Below, one piece after another: positions 43,101 through 58,100 of a stretch of 64,000 nucleotides of DNA. Numbering within the stretch: the stretch's first letter is position 1; each line of letters starts with the position of its first letter. Below the pieces are notes generated by a model. That model saw only the letters and a list, made by a program, of their open reading frames with translations, searched no databases and was not told the origin of the DNA. Source of the DNA: Strigamia acuminata (Eukaryota). The translations under genes and the position numbers were made by a program. The stretch lies in assembly GCA_949358305.1 (NCBI GenBank), contig OX442314.1, positions 24,180,001 to 24,244,000 of the forward strand, read 5' to 3'.

Positions 43101-46100
43101 CTTTTTTTTCCGGCTTCAATATCAAAGAAACCAATCATCCTTTTCCTAAAAACAAGAGACAGCACTATTGCTACTCCCCACCGGTGACCAGTGACCACCC
43201 GCTGAACCGTGGACATTGGTCACTATCACAACGCAACACAAGTACATCTGAATTGTGAATAAAACAATCGAGAAAGAGAAAGATCCAAAGCAGACACGAC
43301 GAGGGAGGAGGAAGAAGAATAGAAAAAGGTAATGTTATTTTAATGACAATCAGCTTAAAGGTGGAATGAAAAAACCGTTTTGTTGTTATCGTTTCACGAA
43401 ACAAGTGTGGTAATTTTGGAAAATAAGATTACACAAAATGGGATTTGTTTTATGACAAGGCAAGACGAAAAAAATCAAGTGCGATAAAAAAAACATGACA
43501 ACTTGTTGACATCATTAGAGGAAAGATACGTGTAGTGTGTAATAAAATCATTTTATTATTACTGCAAACAGTAGTGTTTGTTAACAACCAACTCGACCGA
43601 CAGACACAACAATTTGTTAGCAGAATTTTAAACACGTAGTGAGAACCTTGATCGATTACTAAATCGATCAAACTTGGAGATCCACTTTAAGTTAAACGTT
43701 AAAACTAATCGAAGATAAAGGAGAAAGGTCGCGAGTCCCAAAATCGATAGCTTAAACAGCACATCATATTCACAGCCTGAATCTCAACTAATCTCCTTAC
43801 GAGTCGATGCAGCTCAATTGTCTTCCTCTCCAAACCGAGCACAAATGGCCGACAATGTTGTTGAATAAATAAAGGGAAATCATATTATTTTTATACTATT
43901 TTCCCTTATTTTTTACACTAAAAAATCCCTGACTTTTACACTAAATTTCTGAATACCAACACTATTTTTCCCTTATTTCTACACTAAAAAATTCATACAC
44001 ATCAAGGACTGGTTTAGGTTAGGTTAGGTTAGGTTAGGCAGAAAAAAGAAAGCGACGTCGTGTAAAATTTAGTTTCTTTTAGTGTAAAAATAAGAGAAAA
44101 TAGTGTACAAATAAATGAAGTTCAAACACATGGCATCGACGAGACAAAAGATCCGTACCAGTTGATTTTTGGAATAATTTTTTACTCGTTGAAATTTTAT
44201 AAAATGGATTTAATTCTCTCGTGATATTGTAGTCTCGTTTGAATGTTTCTCGAGCGAGAATGTTGAGAGACATCTCGCTTATTGTCTATTCTCGTGATTA
44301 CGACTTTGCTGCGAGTGCGCATTGCATGCTATTTCAGCCACCCATTCTCCTCCGCCGCCTCGGCTGCAATTTCGGTTGCATCTAATCTCGAGGTAAAGTT
44401 TTTATTGTTTAAAACGTCTGAAACAAAACCACACGCTTAACGGTGTACGTTCAGTTCGGATCAATTGATGTGTTGGCCATTTTTCCAGTCGTAGCCTTGA
44501 CAACAAAAATTCAATTTTTGTTTTATTTTATCGTGACAAATCGCGAAATCTTGTCACGCGATCGCATTTATGTGGCTTAAATTTTTGATTCTTCAAATCT
44601 CCTTCAAACTTCAAAAGACTAATTTTGCTCTCCTTAAATCTCTTTTAAAAGTGAATTCTCAATTGAACACACTAAAAACCGAAGTAAACTAAAAAGATGG
44701 CTACCTACAACATGTGGCGACAATGGCCAATAGCAGGTGCAAAAGAAATAAGTCACTTCTGTAGGTCGAAGAAGCGATTCAACTTAATCTTTAATCCTCT
44801 TATTTCAATTCTTTCAGGTTGTCTTCTCACAACTCAGAGATAGGATGTAAAAAAAATTTACAAAGAGGCAGTCTTTATTGTGGTGTAAGTTAGAACTTTG
44901 TGTTGTTGGTTTGAAAACCTTATTTAGATGAGAAGTTGTGGGTATGATTATGTTGTTGTCTGTGTTTGCTGTGAAAAATTGTCTTGTTCTTGCATGTTGT
45001 ATCACATTGCTTTGTGCCGACAACAGACAGCGTTTGTGTGAGATTGTTTTGTTTGAGCGTCATGCGATTGTCCTCGATTTTCGTTTTCTGCGTCAAATTT
45101 CCATTCTCTATACTCAAAACCGCCACAACATTGTCCTAACTCCTATTGGTTGAGCCATCTCACTGGTGTAGTAACACAAAAAAGTAGCCCATAACACCAG
45201 AATTGTCATCTAACTAGGCAAAACAACAATAAAAAACTAAACCTTTGTTTACCTGCCAAAAGAAACCAACAAACTATGCTAATATTGTTTGATTGATTAA
45301 AAGGGGGAAAAGCTTATTTAGCAAATAAAATAAGCATTTTATTATCAAATAAATAAAATCCATCATTCTAATCACTTTTTGCACTAAGATACATTGAAAA
45401 TAAACAGAACTACTTTTCTGCGTAGTAGAGCACAGTCCTCAGTTAGGCGTAAACCGGCTGAGCCAATAGGAGTTAGGACAACGTTGTGGTGGTTTTGAGT
45501 ATAAGTCACTTTCAGTCAATTGTTGCAGCCCATCTGTTTTCTCGCCTAGTGCGAATAAAAACGTAGTCTTACATAAAAAAAACGTCTGTTTTATATCTTG
45601 TTTGGAGAAGTGTTTCAGACAAATAAGTCAATTTGTGTTTTGAAGTTTGAATGAACCTAATGTGTATTCTAAGACAAAACTACAGTAATTACATCCGAAG
45701 TTTGGTTTAGCTTTTTTTAGTGTTTCTATAAACAGAATGGACACGAAAAACAACCATAAACCATCACAATAAACTGCAAAATCAAAAACAACAACTGAAA
45801 TAATTTTTTAAGTGGTATATGCAACATGATTTTAGTTTTTGCAATCAAATTTAACACGGCTGCCGCACAAGTTTAGATCGTTAGTCGAATTTCAAATTAT
45901 TATGATACAGGTTGAACCTCGCTATCACGAACAGGCCGGGGTAGCAAAACATAGTTCGTAATAGCAAGAGTTCTTAACAAGTATTTCGTTATAACTAATT
46001 AGTTAGGTATAACAAGAAAAATTTGAGAAACACAATTTACAAAAATTAAAAAAATTGTAGCAAAAATAATTCTTGCGTTTTTGGATCTATTTTCTCATGA

Positions 46101-49100
46101 TTTTGACATTTTATTTGTATTTCTCACTATTTTGACATTTTACTTGTATTTCTCATGATTTTGAGATTTTACTTCTATTTCTCATGATTTTGATGTTTTT
46201 AAGTATTTTATCATGATTTTGACGTTTGTAAGTGTATTTTCTTTAGAATCATGCAATTTTTGTATATTTTCTAAGTTCTGATCAAAATGCATAATAATGA
46301 GAAGACATTTTAAAAATGTCAAAATCATGAGAAAATGATACCATTTTTAACCGAAAATGTTCACAATACACAATAATAAAGTATTTGCATATTTCTTATG
46401 CATTTCCGGTTCGTTACCGTAAAATTTCTTAATAACGAAAGTTCGTTATGACGAAATAATTTAACATGGGAGAAATAAGGCAGACAACCAAAAAAAAATT
46501 TTTATAGCGAGAAATTTGTTACAACAGTGTTCGCAGTACCAACAAAAAAAAAACGAGAGTAAAAAATTATGTTGAAAGAAGTGAACCACTGTGAAAATGA
46601 AGGAATTTGATTGCCATTTACTAGTAAAACCTAAAACTGAACTACTTGTATAAACAGACAAAAAAAACGAAATACCCTAAAAAATTCATACGCATATATT
46701 TGTGCTCTGTAAGCTTACAAGAACTCCACAAGCCACATAAACCCTAACCTTGACTGCATCTATATTCTAAACTACCTGTTGTTTTTTGATACAGTCTAAT
46801 GCCCATCTACAATTTTTATCAAGCCGTACGAGTGCTAAAAAAACTGCCAACCATTTTTTTAGACGAAAACAGTCCATTGATTGACCGTAATGTGTAAATC
46901 AATAAACCCAAAACCTTTAGAAAATGGCAGGTGGCCTACAGCAATTACCCCTCATTTCTTAAAAAAAAAAAAAACCAAAAAAGAGGCCCCTGAGACACCA
47001 TGGAGTTTCTTTAAAAGGATTTTATGAGATTCTTTTACCCACAAGCCTCGTTTTTTTGCCTTCGCAAACAGTGTTAGGAAAATGAAGCTTAGCAGTAAAA
47101 TTGGTATAAAACTCTGCAGATTCCACAGAGCTTCTGAGAAAATAACTGACCTGGCACTTGCTAATGTCCTAAGTAATTCGAGTTAACACATCAATGAGTA
47201 ATTCTCAAAGTTCTAACCACTGAATTCGGTGATTTCGAACTTTACCCTTAAAACACGTAGAACAACGTTCGGAATTGAATAAAATATTCAACAGAATAAA
47301 CATTTTAAAATTTTTACTTTCCAATTTCAGCTTCATCACAAATTTAAAAGTTAAAACCACTTATGGTGATCGATTAAGCAAAACTCTACCTCCAGACCCT
47401 TAATAGAACGAAACCAACGGTTAAAAACGAGCGCATTTACGTGTTTTTTTTTAAGCAGGCAAAGGGTCCATGAGCTTGAATGGGGGATTTCCTCATTTGT
47501 CCATCAATATATGACACTTAAGCAATAGTAAAAATCAAACAGGACATTCACCAAATGATCCACAACAATGGGAACAAGGTATTACACGTAACATGGTTTA
47601 GTCAGCTTTTCCTACAGTCCTGATTTGCTGCCAAGTCATGTACAGAATCGAGTAATGAAATATCCAAATGAACTAGACTGAGTTTCGAACATACGTCGAC
47701 TCAATAGATGCGTTCAAAGAAAAATCTGCATAAATGGTCTAAGTTCATAACCTCGTCCATTTATTTTGTCTAACTTTAAGCAAGGGGTTGAGTCACTTAC
47801 AGTGCGCGACAAAAAGATAGGTGCACCCCATTTTTTCTTCATTTCTCAGCAATACGCGCGTGTTGACTGTTGAAATTTTAAACAAAGGTACAAAATCATA
47901 CCAAAATAAACTGCTGAAACAATTGGAGCGATTGAGAAACAAACAAAAAATTTATTACAGAAAAATAAAAATACTTTTAGTAGACTATTCGCTTAACCAG
48001 TTTGAATGCACCTAATGATTTGCACAGAATATAGTTACGCACAAAAAAATAAAAAATAAAAAGTTGAAACGCGTATTTCCACGGATTGTGTGCCCGTGGT
48101 GGTACTACTTAAGGTTTTGTATTGTGTTAGTGCTCGGATTAGGTTTTGTCATGTGAGACCAGATTCGTAATCCCCATCTCCCTTCTCACCCACTTCAAGC
48201 CACGTCATTCATCTCCTGTCATGCATAATGCATTGGACAAACAAAACGCCCCTTATCTGTATAAGAAGAAAAGACGCATCAGCACTTCACGCACCACCGG
48301 TCAGCAGCCAATGACCATTCATTATCGACAGGTCACCCAGACAATTGGCAGAACCCTATTATTTATCATTATCCCTCAAAGTCACCGACAAATATCGCAT
48401 TCATCCCTCACTGCAACGAAGGCTAAACAAACAAAAAAGCAAATTCCAAAAAATAAAAATAAAATCGAACATGCTTTCTTCATCCCCAATGTGTACCAAA
48501 AGTACTAAACCATCACACTGACATTCGTCTACAGAAAAACTCGATGGCCTTCCGTTTCGTACAGTACTTAGGCGTAATCCCTGTCCTTCCAAGCCATGTC
48601 AACACTCTTCTAATGATGGCCGTTGCTTAGAAACCGAAAACCGTGCGCGTCAATAATTAAAACACTTGGCAAATATTTGACAAAGGGTTTCCGTACTTTG
48701 CCGTACATTTGACGTAATGTACGTATTTCACGTGCTAATGAGTTGCGTGGCACAGGTTGTACGAGTTCCATGTTATTTACGGTGCATGCTGAATTTTACA
48801 AATTGATCGTTGATAAATATATTAGTGTGTTACATAATTAAAACGTATATATTCATCCACGGAGCCAAAATTCAGCTTCAAGTTAATAAATTCATCAAAA
48901 ATTTATTTTCTATAATATCAACATTTGCAGTCTGCACAATAAAAAACTGCATCAATCAAATTAGCTTAAACCTAAAATCATTTTAGAAGATAAGCAATAT
49001 CAACATCGTAAACATTTAATGAAAACACGGCGTATGTATTTCAAATATTGATGCCAAAATGATTTCCAATATTTATGTACGTAGTATATGGGAATAAAAA

Positions 49101-52100
49101 TAGAAAATACAAAATACAAAATACAAAATACAAAATAAAAAATAACATGCATTATATCGCCTAACCTGCAATTGTTTTATCCACTTTAAAATTTGGATTG
49201 CGTTTTCTACACGCGTTTTGAATTACGCCGCGATACAAAATGGTTTTGGTTCTCCAATCGACAGTGTTCGGAAAAAGAAAATTTAATATTTATAAAATTT
49301 TCCATTTTTATCTCTTTTAATTTTTAATAGATTAAAAATTAAAATACAACCCACCCATTATTTACACAGAATAAAACCATTATGTAGACTGAAAACCAAA
49401 CTATTCTCGCTTGAAATGGTATCGCCAATTTACTATGGTCCCCCCACTACCTCAACACCGCTTCTCCGGAAATTATGTCGACCGTGAATTTAATTTCCCA
49501 TAACTCAGGATGCGATCTTCATAAAGAGTTAAAAAAAAAAAAAAACTGCAAAGAAAAGAAGAGGGAAATACAGAGTAGAGGGAGAGAAAATCAATTGCTA
49601 AGTTGCTCGCTTTTCGCTCTTCTTTACCTAGTGGAACTTCCTTTTACAATTTTCTCGAATACGGAAAAGGTGAAATGAGAAAAAAAGGAAAAAAATCCTG
49701 CAACGTCTATTTTTACAGTAAATTTAAAAAAAAATGTTTTCTTTGTATAAAATTTTAATGGAAAGTGCAATTTCTCTTCGTGCATTAAAGCCGCATTGGC
49801 CACGCGATTGCATAAAATCATGGCGGGTTGGCAACCTCGTCTATGCCGGATCATTTCAAACCAGGATGTGACTGATTACAATCTTATGACCCTCGCATTC
49901 TTATTCAACCTTTTTTTCCTTCAATTTGTACAAACTAAATGAAACACTTTGTGACTGCCAGTCTGTCACGAATTGACACATTCAGGTACGGATTTGAAAA
50001 AGATTTTGACAAATGAACGGAGCGAGAGAAAAATCATTTTCTCAACCGAATTTATAAGTGATTTTAAATAAATTATTATTTCTCTCTCTGTTTAAGCCCA
50101 TCGCGCACGTATGACATTTATATTCATTAGGAGAAACATTAACGGTCAACAACAGTTTAAATTTGCCTCAATCAGAGTAAATTTTGATATACGAGCATCC
50201 ACGCTGAAAATGTGTTGAGAATAGCGAGAATTCATTTTAGAAAACAATTTTTATTCGTTGATTAATATTGACTCGATATTTAACATGATTCAGAATCTGC
50301 GTGTCAGAGATTTGAATTTTTCATAGGATTCGGATGGGATTCGGATGGGATTCGGATGGGATTCGGATGGGATTCGGATGGGATTCGGATGGGATTCGGA
50401 TGGGATTCGGACGGGATTCGGACAGATTTAGATGATTATTTTAAAAAAAAAAGGTCAAAAATATTTTAACTTTTGTCCAATTTTTCAACAAAAAATTCAA
50501 AATTTTTGTAAAATGTAAAAATTCGGGATTCGAAAATTCGAGAATTCGGAAAGGGATTGGAAAGCCCATGTCAGAGATTCGGTTGAATGTCGTACCCCCT
50601 GCCAGAAATAGTTCTGTTCCAATTTATTTGCGTATTCGACAAAGTGCACCAGGTGGTCCTCATACTAAAGTGTCATCATGTACCACGTTCACATGTACCC
50701 TGTTATCTAGATAAGTTAAAATGCGAATTTTACTTTTCTAGAAAACTGATCATGTAAACGAACCAGTTTTCCAGAAAAAGCAGACTTATTCGAAAAACTA
50801 AGTTCCAGTTGTACGAGGTAGATTTTGGGCGATTTGCGTATTGGAAACTGCATGTAAACACCCGTGCTTGTGTGAAAGTGCCGTACTAAGCATAATATTT
50901 TGTACCCCTTATTAAAAATGGCACCAATTACAAACAAAAATGATATATTCCTTTGTTTTATAACAAATTTAAACGCTTCTAGCTTTTGGAAACAATTACA
51001 TAAGCTAAATTTGATTTGTTTAGGGGGCTGAAATAGATCGACAACCATTTTCTTATTCCAGATAATCAAAATGCATTATGGGTAATTTACATATGACATC
51101 ATGTTGCCAGAAAACTAACCTCATGTAAACGCACATAATTATCCGGATAAATAAAATCCGAATTTTCACTTATCTGGAAAACTGTGACCATGTAAACGTA
51201 GTAACAGATAGTTACAATATTTTTTTACATTAGAAAATTCATTTTTCAATGAAATTGGGAAATAGAAACCAAATACACACAAAAAGAAGTCCTGGAAGAT
51301 GCTTTTCCAGTCGATTAGATCGCAGCAGCAGAATAGTCGAATAGGATATCCCACTGCTGAAAGAGGGGCATGGTGAGAGGGTCACGGACCAAATGATCGT
51401 AAGTCATCCAGCGGGAACACTCCAGGGGAAAGTATACATATATTTTTTCGTTTTCGGTTTGCTTTCAGTTTGGAGGAAATGAGGTCAAATTCGAAAGTAT
51501 ATATAAAAAACCGTGTTGATATTCTATTTCCTGTTGCATTACCAACCGAGTGTGAACACCATGCATTAAAAAAGCTGCACAGAAGTAGAGCCAATCAATT
51601 CCAATTAAATATACATCCAGTCGACACACAAAACGGCATAAATCAGATGCAATTGTTGAGCATAAACTAGAATTTCAATGTTCCAATGCGAGTTGAAACC
51701 GATTTTCCCCAAATTTATTGAAATATCCGAGTATAAATTCATTTTTTACATCAACTCCACTTTGTATTCATCTCCATCCATATCTCAAGGATAAAAGAAT
51801 AGAAACCAATCAGAAAAAAAAATGTTGTGCAACACAATAACGACAAATTCCAGATAAAAAAAAACCAAAAAGAGAAAGAGAAACTGCAAAACTGCAAAGC
51901 TAACACACTCGAGTCAGCATATTGTTGGCTAAGGTACAACCCAAAAGAATAAACATTGCACTGGCACAAGTGCTAACACGCATTAAAGCTAATGATGCGG
52001 AAGTCAACAATATGTGCAAGCACTACTAAAACCTGTCGTAAAGATCTAATTGTCATATTACTAATTACCATAACTGGTGGCGCAAAGATAACAAGTGAAT

Positions 52101-55100
52101 ACGAAAGAGTTACTCCAAGAAACCAACGGCAAAATGAAATTGTCAGTTGCAGACTTGCGGGCTTGCAGCGAGTCAATGCGATGCCGCCTTTTAACCCTTT
52201 AAACACGCGGTTTTAGGTCGCAAAATGAACCGCGGGTATAAAAAAAAAACATGACTTGAATACGTAAACAGCATATATGACAAACGTCAATATTTTAAGA
52301 CGTTGACCCAAGAGACATTACTTTCAATCATAAATAAGTGCGCATAGCAACCGCAACGATATTGATCGATGAGTCTGTCAATCACTCAACATGTCATCCG
52401 AAACTCTATGAAATTTTCTAATTTCAACAATTGGACTTTTCAGTCGATGTTAATCAGATTCGAGAATTAAATCTTGTTACGAAATATCCACTAACATTAA
52501 CATGAATATTTTGTTTCGGCAGCTCAAAAGGTTAAGTTTGTTATTATTTATTTTATTTTTTTCTTCTTCAAAGTGTGTTTTGTTTCTCTTTATTTTTTTT
52601 CTAGTTTTTTCTGTTTATTATTAATGGTGTTTTTTTCATATCGAATTTTGCGTTTACCGAGTTGCCCTGACAAAAACGCGCATAAAACATGATTTTCATT
52701 GACACATACAAAGATTTACACGTTAAATTTTAAAATTTAAAAAACATAAACAAGTTTAAACGACTTGATGAACGCGCCCGCCAGTTTTATTTGTCTTAAA
52801 ACCGAAACTGCACACGAACAACTCCAGACCCCGACTTCAATTTCTATATTTACAATCCAATTCTCATTTCACATGCAAATTACAAATACTGTACGACGAA
52901 CAACCAGCCCTTAACAACAATTTATACAACTGCTATAAAACGCCTGAACTAAATTTCAACTTTATAAAAATGGCCAAAATGGGGCACTGAATATTTGCAT
53001 TCTTTCCTCAGTTTTCCTGCATCAAACTAAGAATTTACGACAAAATTAAAGTAAACAAGATATCAAAATTTAAACTGTTTACCCACAGAAACACAATCCA
53101 CGCAATATCGCATCCTAGGGTTAACTAAAAAGATTTTTATGAACTATAAAGCAAAAAAAAATTATCACGCAAACACGAAAGAGTCGTTAGAAAAATGAAT
53201 TTGTCAATGTCAGATGCTACACTATGTAGTAATACACATCAAACGAGTAATCGACGGTAATAAAGGTCGAGTGTATTGAACGGCTCCGTTGGATCTTTTG
53301 TGCAAACGCAAACAGGTATTTCCCACTTTCTTCAACAGGTGAAGCGAGGCAAAAATCAATGAGAATTAAGTTAGGGTGCAAACCCTTGCTACTATTTTCA
53401 ATCAATCCCTCGCCAACAATTTCAAACCGATACTTGACTGATCAAATTGGGGCTAACACTGCATTTCCCTTTCAGTTTTATCCGATAAAACGCACTTGAT
53501 TAGTCTAAAATTGCACAAACAAATTGGTTTCTCGACAAACCTACAATTACTCGCGAGATGGTGCGGCCTACAAATTGGATATTTTTCATTATTTTAATGC
53601 AGGAACTTTTCAAGTGTTGTTCAAATGTGAGCGAAATCAATTTATTTTCCACAATTTTTGCACATTTTCAAACTTTATGAATTTTTTTTTCTTTCTTTCT
53701 TTTCCCGTCGTCACAATTTCCTTGCAATTTTCGAATCGCTAGAAATTATCGACAAAATCGTGTGACATTTCAAACGTGCAATTTGTCGTTAATCACGAGC
53801 GACACAAGTTGCCTTCTCGCAAATGTGAACCGTGTTTACAGTTTCGCCCATTAAATTAGAAAAGTCGCTCGTTCGTTAACGTGAAAATAATGGCAAAAAT
53901 GGCGTCGAGCTTTAAAAGAGCCCACCGAGCCGGTGCAAAAGAATCTTGCAATATCCTTTGCGCAGTTAAGAAAATAAACGTAATTAAAGGGTTATTCTTG
54001 TACCAAAATAAACGTAAACGGAAGTACGAGAAGGCCGGCGATTGAGCTTAAAGTCTGTCGGTGAATTTTGAGCCTGGCGATATTAAATAGCATTATATAC
54101 ACATAATGTGAAGATGAAATAAATACGTTCAGGAAAGAAAGAAAGGGTAGCATCACCCGCATGTGAATAAACACTTGAACAGCTCATTTCACCAGTTGAG
54201 TCACGTGTCTATTTGTTTAACATTTTGCGTAATTTCACCGACGACTGCCACGTGTATCTTTATAACAATTTTCTAAACAAATGCAGGGCATTCCCGCTAT
54301 TAAAATTTTAAGTCAAGTACAATATAAATAAATAACTTCCAAAGCTTTAAAAAAAAAAACTCAGCTGGCAACCACAATGGAATTTTTAATTATTTATTCT
54401 TGGAAATTTAAAAACAATTTTTTTTTCTCTTCAAAAAAAATTAAAACTAATCCGTTTTGAAATCTGTCAAATTCCTTTAATCTTTTTTTTTTAATTTAAA
54501 ATTAATAATTGAAAAGATTAAGAGTTTTCTAAATTTTTTTTTTTTTTTGTTACATTTTTTTAATCCATTATTGCTAAATGTGATTTTCAACTTTAGTCCT
54601 CGCTAAATCCTAATTAAAATTCACATAACGTAAGTACCAACTGTTATTACGGGTCATTTTCCATCTGTTAATCAAATCAATAAAAGATAACTCGGCAACA
54701 AATAAAAAAAACCAACATTATTTTCGTTTCCACATTTAAAAATAGAGAAAATCCTTTAAAAAACTCATTTAACCGTGCAAAATTTCACATTTAAACCGCT
54801 TAAAAAAACACAAACAACTTTAAAAGACTTTATAAACGCACCTACTAAAATTTAATCAATTAATTAATTTAAAAAAATAAATTTAAAACTCAAAAAACGC
54901 TTTGTTTACATACTGTGTTTACACTTTCGTGCGGATACCATTCGTGTTTAGACTAAAAACTAAATATACTAATTTAAACCAAACACCGCAATCACATTTT
55001 ATCAAAACAACAAACAAAAAAAAAACACAACACATATTTAACAATTCCTCAGCTAAGAAAGAAAAGAACACAATACCAACAAAAACAAACAAACAAAAAA

Positions 55101-58100
55101 ACCACAGCCGAACTAAGCCTTTAAGCTTTGAATGAATTTTTTCTTATTTTATCTAAGACAGCCATAATCTCATGATCTGTATCTCAACCGTACACGTATA
55201 TAACACTGTTCCATTGTGGGAGATGTGTCCTGATACTCTCTAAAACATGTTTTTGTCAGCGGCTCTGAGGCTCTGACGCGAGATAAATATTTAACTCAAC
55301 TGAATAATAAATTTATATTGAAAGTTATTATGGGCTACTGGAGTATCCCATGACACGCGTGCGGAAAGAATGACATCACACCGCCTTCACAACTCAATCT
55401 GAAGACGTAAACATCTTCGGTCTTTGCAAATCCGAATATTAAAATTTCTCCTTGTCCAACTTCATCGCAAATGCGAAGAATTTCAACAATTCCCTTTACG
55501 ACGGCGCTCCACCAATTGAAAATTTTTGCACCTCGAATTTTTTTTTACTTATATATAAAAAAAAAAATAATAATAAAAAAAAAAAAATTTTAAATTCTAA
55601 AAATTTAAATAGAAAAAGTTAGTCGGGATTGTGTAGACAGGGTCTATTCAAATAATTCATCTAAAAAACTTCGGTGAATATCAATTTTTCATCCGGTTTC
55701 TGCCATTAGCGTCATAGCGTTCCCTTAAATCATTCCTCTTTGTCGTTCAAGCACTAATTAGTCAACTTGATACTTTCGCCGTCAATTTGGTATCAGATTT
55801 ACAAGAACAAAACCCAAAAAATATATATATATAATACAAAAACAACAAAAAAAAAAACCTATTACCTTTTGTTTCCCAATATCAATTTAGCGAGACTCAA
55901 ACGAGACTAAACCTGAGTTGCCTGACAAAAAGAACAAAAGTTTCCAACCAAAAAAAAAATCAAAATTAGCTTTCATTTATTAGTATATATCGATTCGAGG
56001 AACCGTGATGGGATTAAAACTGTCATCATTCGTGGTTTTGAAATTTCCCTTTGAACACATGCAAACGATTTTAGTGGGTTTAATTAATGGCATTCAAATA
56101 CCAATCTAGTTCTTCATCTTTTTCTCTTTCACTGCTGCCTTTGGACAAATGCCAAATTTTCATCTTAGCTAAAGATTCACTAACAAAAGCATTTTTTCAT
56201 CCTCCTTTTCTCACAGGGTGGAACTCAACAGCACGTTCGATAATCAGATTCAACACCTTTCACCAAACCTCTTATATCCCCACCCAAAAAAAAAAAAAAA
56301 AAAAAAAAATTGTGATTGACAGATTCGTGTTGAGATATAAACAAGAAGCGATATTTTATTTTTTCCATTTTTTTCTTCAAGTTCAGGAGTCAATTGAAGA
56401 AGGATGTGGAATCGATGAATATAAATCGATATCCGTTATACGGAGAATGCGGGAAGCAAATTCCACGGTAATCAGTGAGTGAGCAGAGTCGGAAATAGTA
56501 ACTCAAGAAGGGAATGATAAAAGATGACAGCGTGCATTCTCAGCTTCCAAGGATGCCATTTAACTTTTCTTCAACAGCCGACGTTTAAACGCTAAACCGG
56601 GAGCGAAAGATTTGTCAACCTAGTGTAACTGACCCGCAATACTCGGAATTTTTCTTTATTCACTTTCTTAGGAATTATATAAATAATTTTTCACGGTTGT
56701 CTTAGAAGTTATGTCGGTTTAATGAGCTCGATTAAAGTCAATTATATAACAATTTAAAATTACTCTTATTTTAAAACTTGATTAATTTTAATTTCCTTTT
56801 AATTCTATTAAAGTTGTGTCATTTAATAAGGTTAATAAGCAGTATTGACGGTAGAATTAATTTTCTAATTGAAGACTTGATACATTTTGAATTGCACAAT
56901 TTAGAATTTTTATATTTTTATTTTAAAAAAATTTTTTTTATAGATATATATATATATAAAATTTAAAATTGATTAAAAAAAAAACAAAAAGTAATCAAAT
57001 TTAGAATTTTATACTCCACCATAAAAATTCGAGTGAATATAAACATTAAAATATTAACTGACAAATCCAAATATATTTTTCAACGGTAACTCACATCTAC
57101 CGTATAAATTCACATTTAAAATTAAACCAACCGTAAAACCCAAATTCCTACAAGCTTCGTAACCGGAAATGCAGTAACCATTTAAATGTTAATTCGTGAC
57201 ACAGTTCCAAAAAAGAAAAACACAAGAAAAAAAATAAAAAAATAAAAAACAGAAATAAAGCTACGCACAGTAGTTCAGCTTCGCCCACCATCACTTCACT
57301 ACCACCACTCCAAAAACACAAGAAAAACAAAAATCCCTTTAAAACAGTAAACGAGCTTCCACTCAACAACATCTCCAGCATGTCCGCATCTCATTAACCA
57401 AAATCCATTTCAAGAAAATGAAAGAATCCACTTTCCCCTAATTGTAATCGTACACTACACATTACATAACACGATCGAACCGTCCCGAAAAACCTCAACC
57501 AATAAAACGCTTCCACAAACCCCAATTATCGCTCGATTTCAAGTTCACCAAAAATCCGTCAAATAAAACTTACAGCCCTTAAATTACGACTTGCAACAGG
57601 CCCCGCAAGTAGCTACTTGCGACACACCACACCAAATCCATCTATCTCCGCACACACCCATAAACCATGCTTATTTTCTTAACCCAAAATAAAGCAACGC
57701 CTCGAGAAAAGGGAGCGCGAACAAGACTAAACTGCAAACTCCCCAACCATCCCTCGTCCTAATCGCTCAAATTCCTTCCCGACACTTCAATTCTCTCAAT
57801 TAACAACTTGAAAACCATTTAAAAACAATCACCACACGCACAGAAATAAACCAAAAACCAAAAAACAAAAAAAACACATTCCTTTCGCCGTCTATCACAC
57901 ACTATCATCCTACCATGCACCCCCGCACATGACTCGCCACGCGTTTTGAAACATCCGAGCCGAAATTGATTTTCCTTACCTGTCTGTTGCATCGTGGCCA
58001 TACGTTAAACCCCAAACATCGGCTCAATAGCTACAATTAAAGAGGCGAAGGTATTTGCAAAGGATATGGATTGGTGATCATCGCCAAGCACCAAGTACGT

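Larger units (their letters stand above)
36052..58067 (-). other. U12-type (minor spliceosome) AT-AC intron, 22,016 nt
   Basis: 5' site ATATCCTTT, branch point TTCTTAAC (36063-36070) about a dozen nt from the terminal AC; splicing restores ...ITNP-WFER. Confidence 0.93.

Noticed and set aside
50326..50423. CRISPR-like repeat
   Set aside because: Simple 11-bp tandem repeat without spacers.
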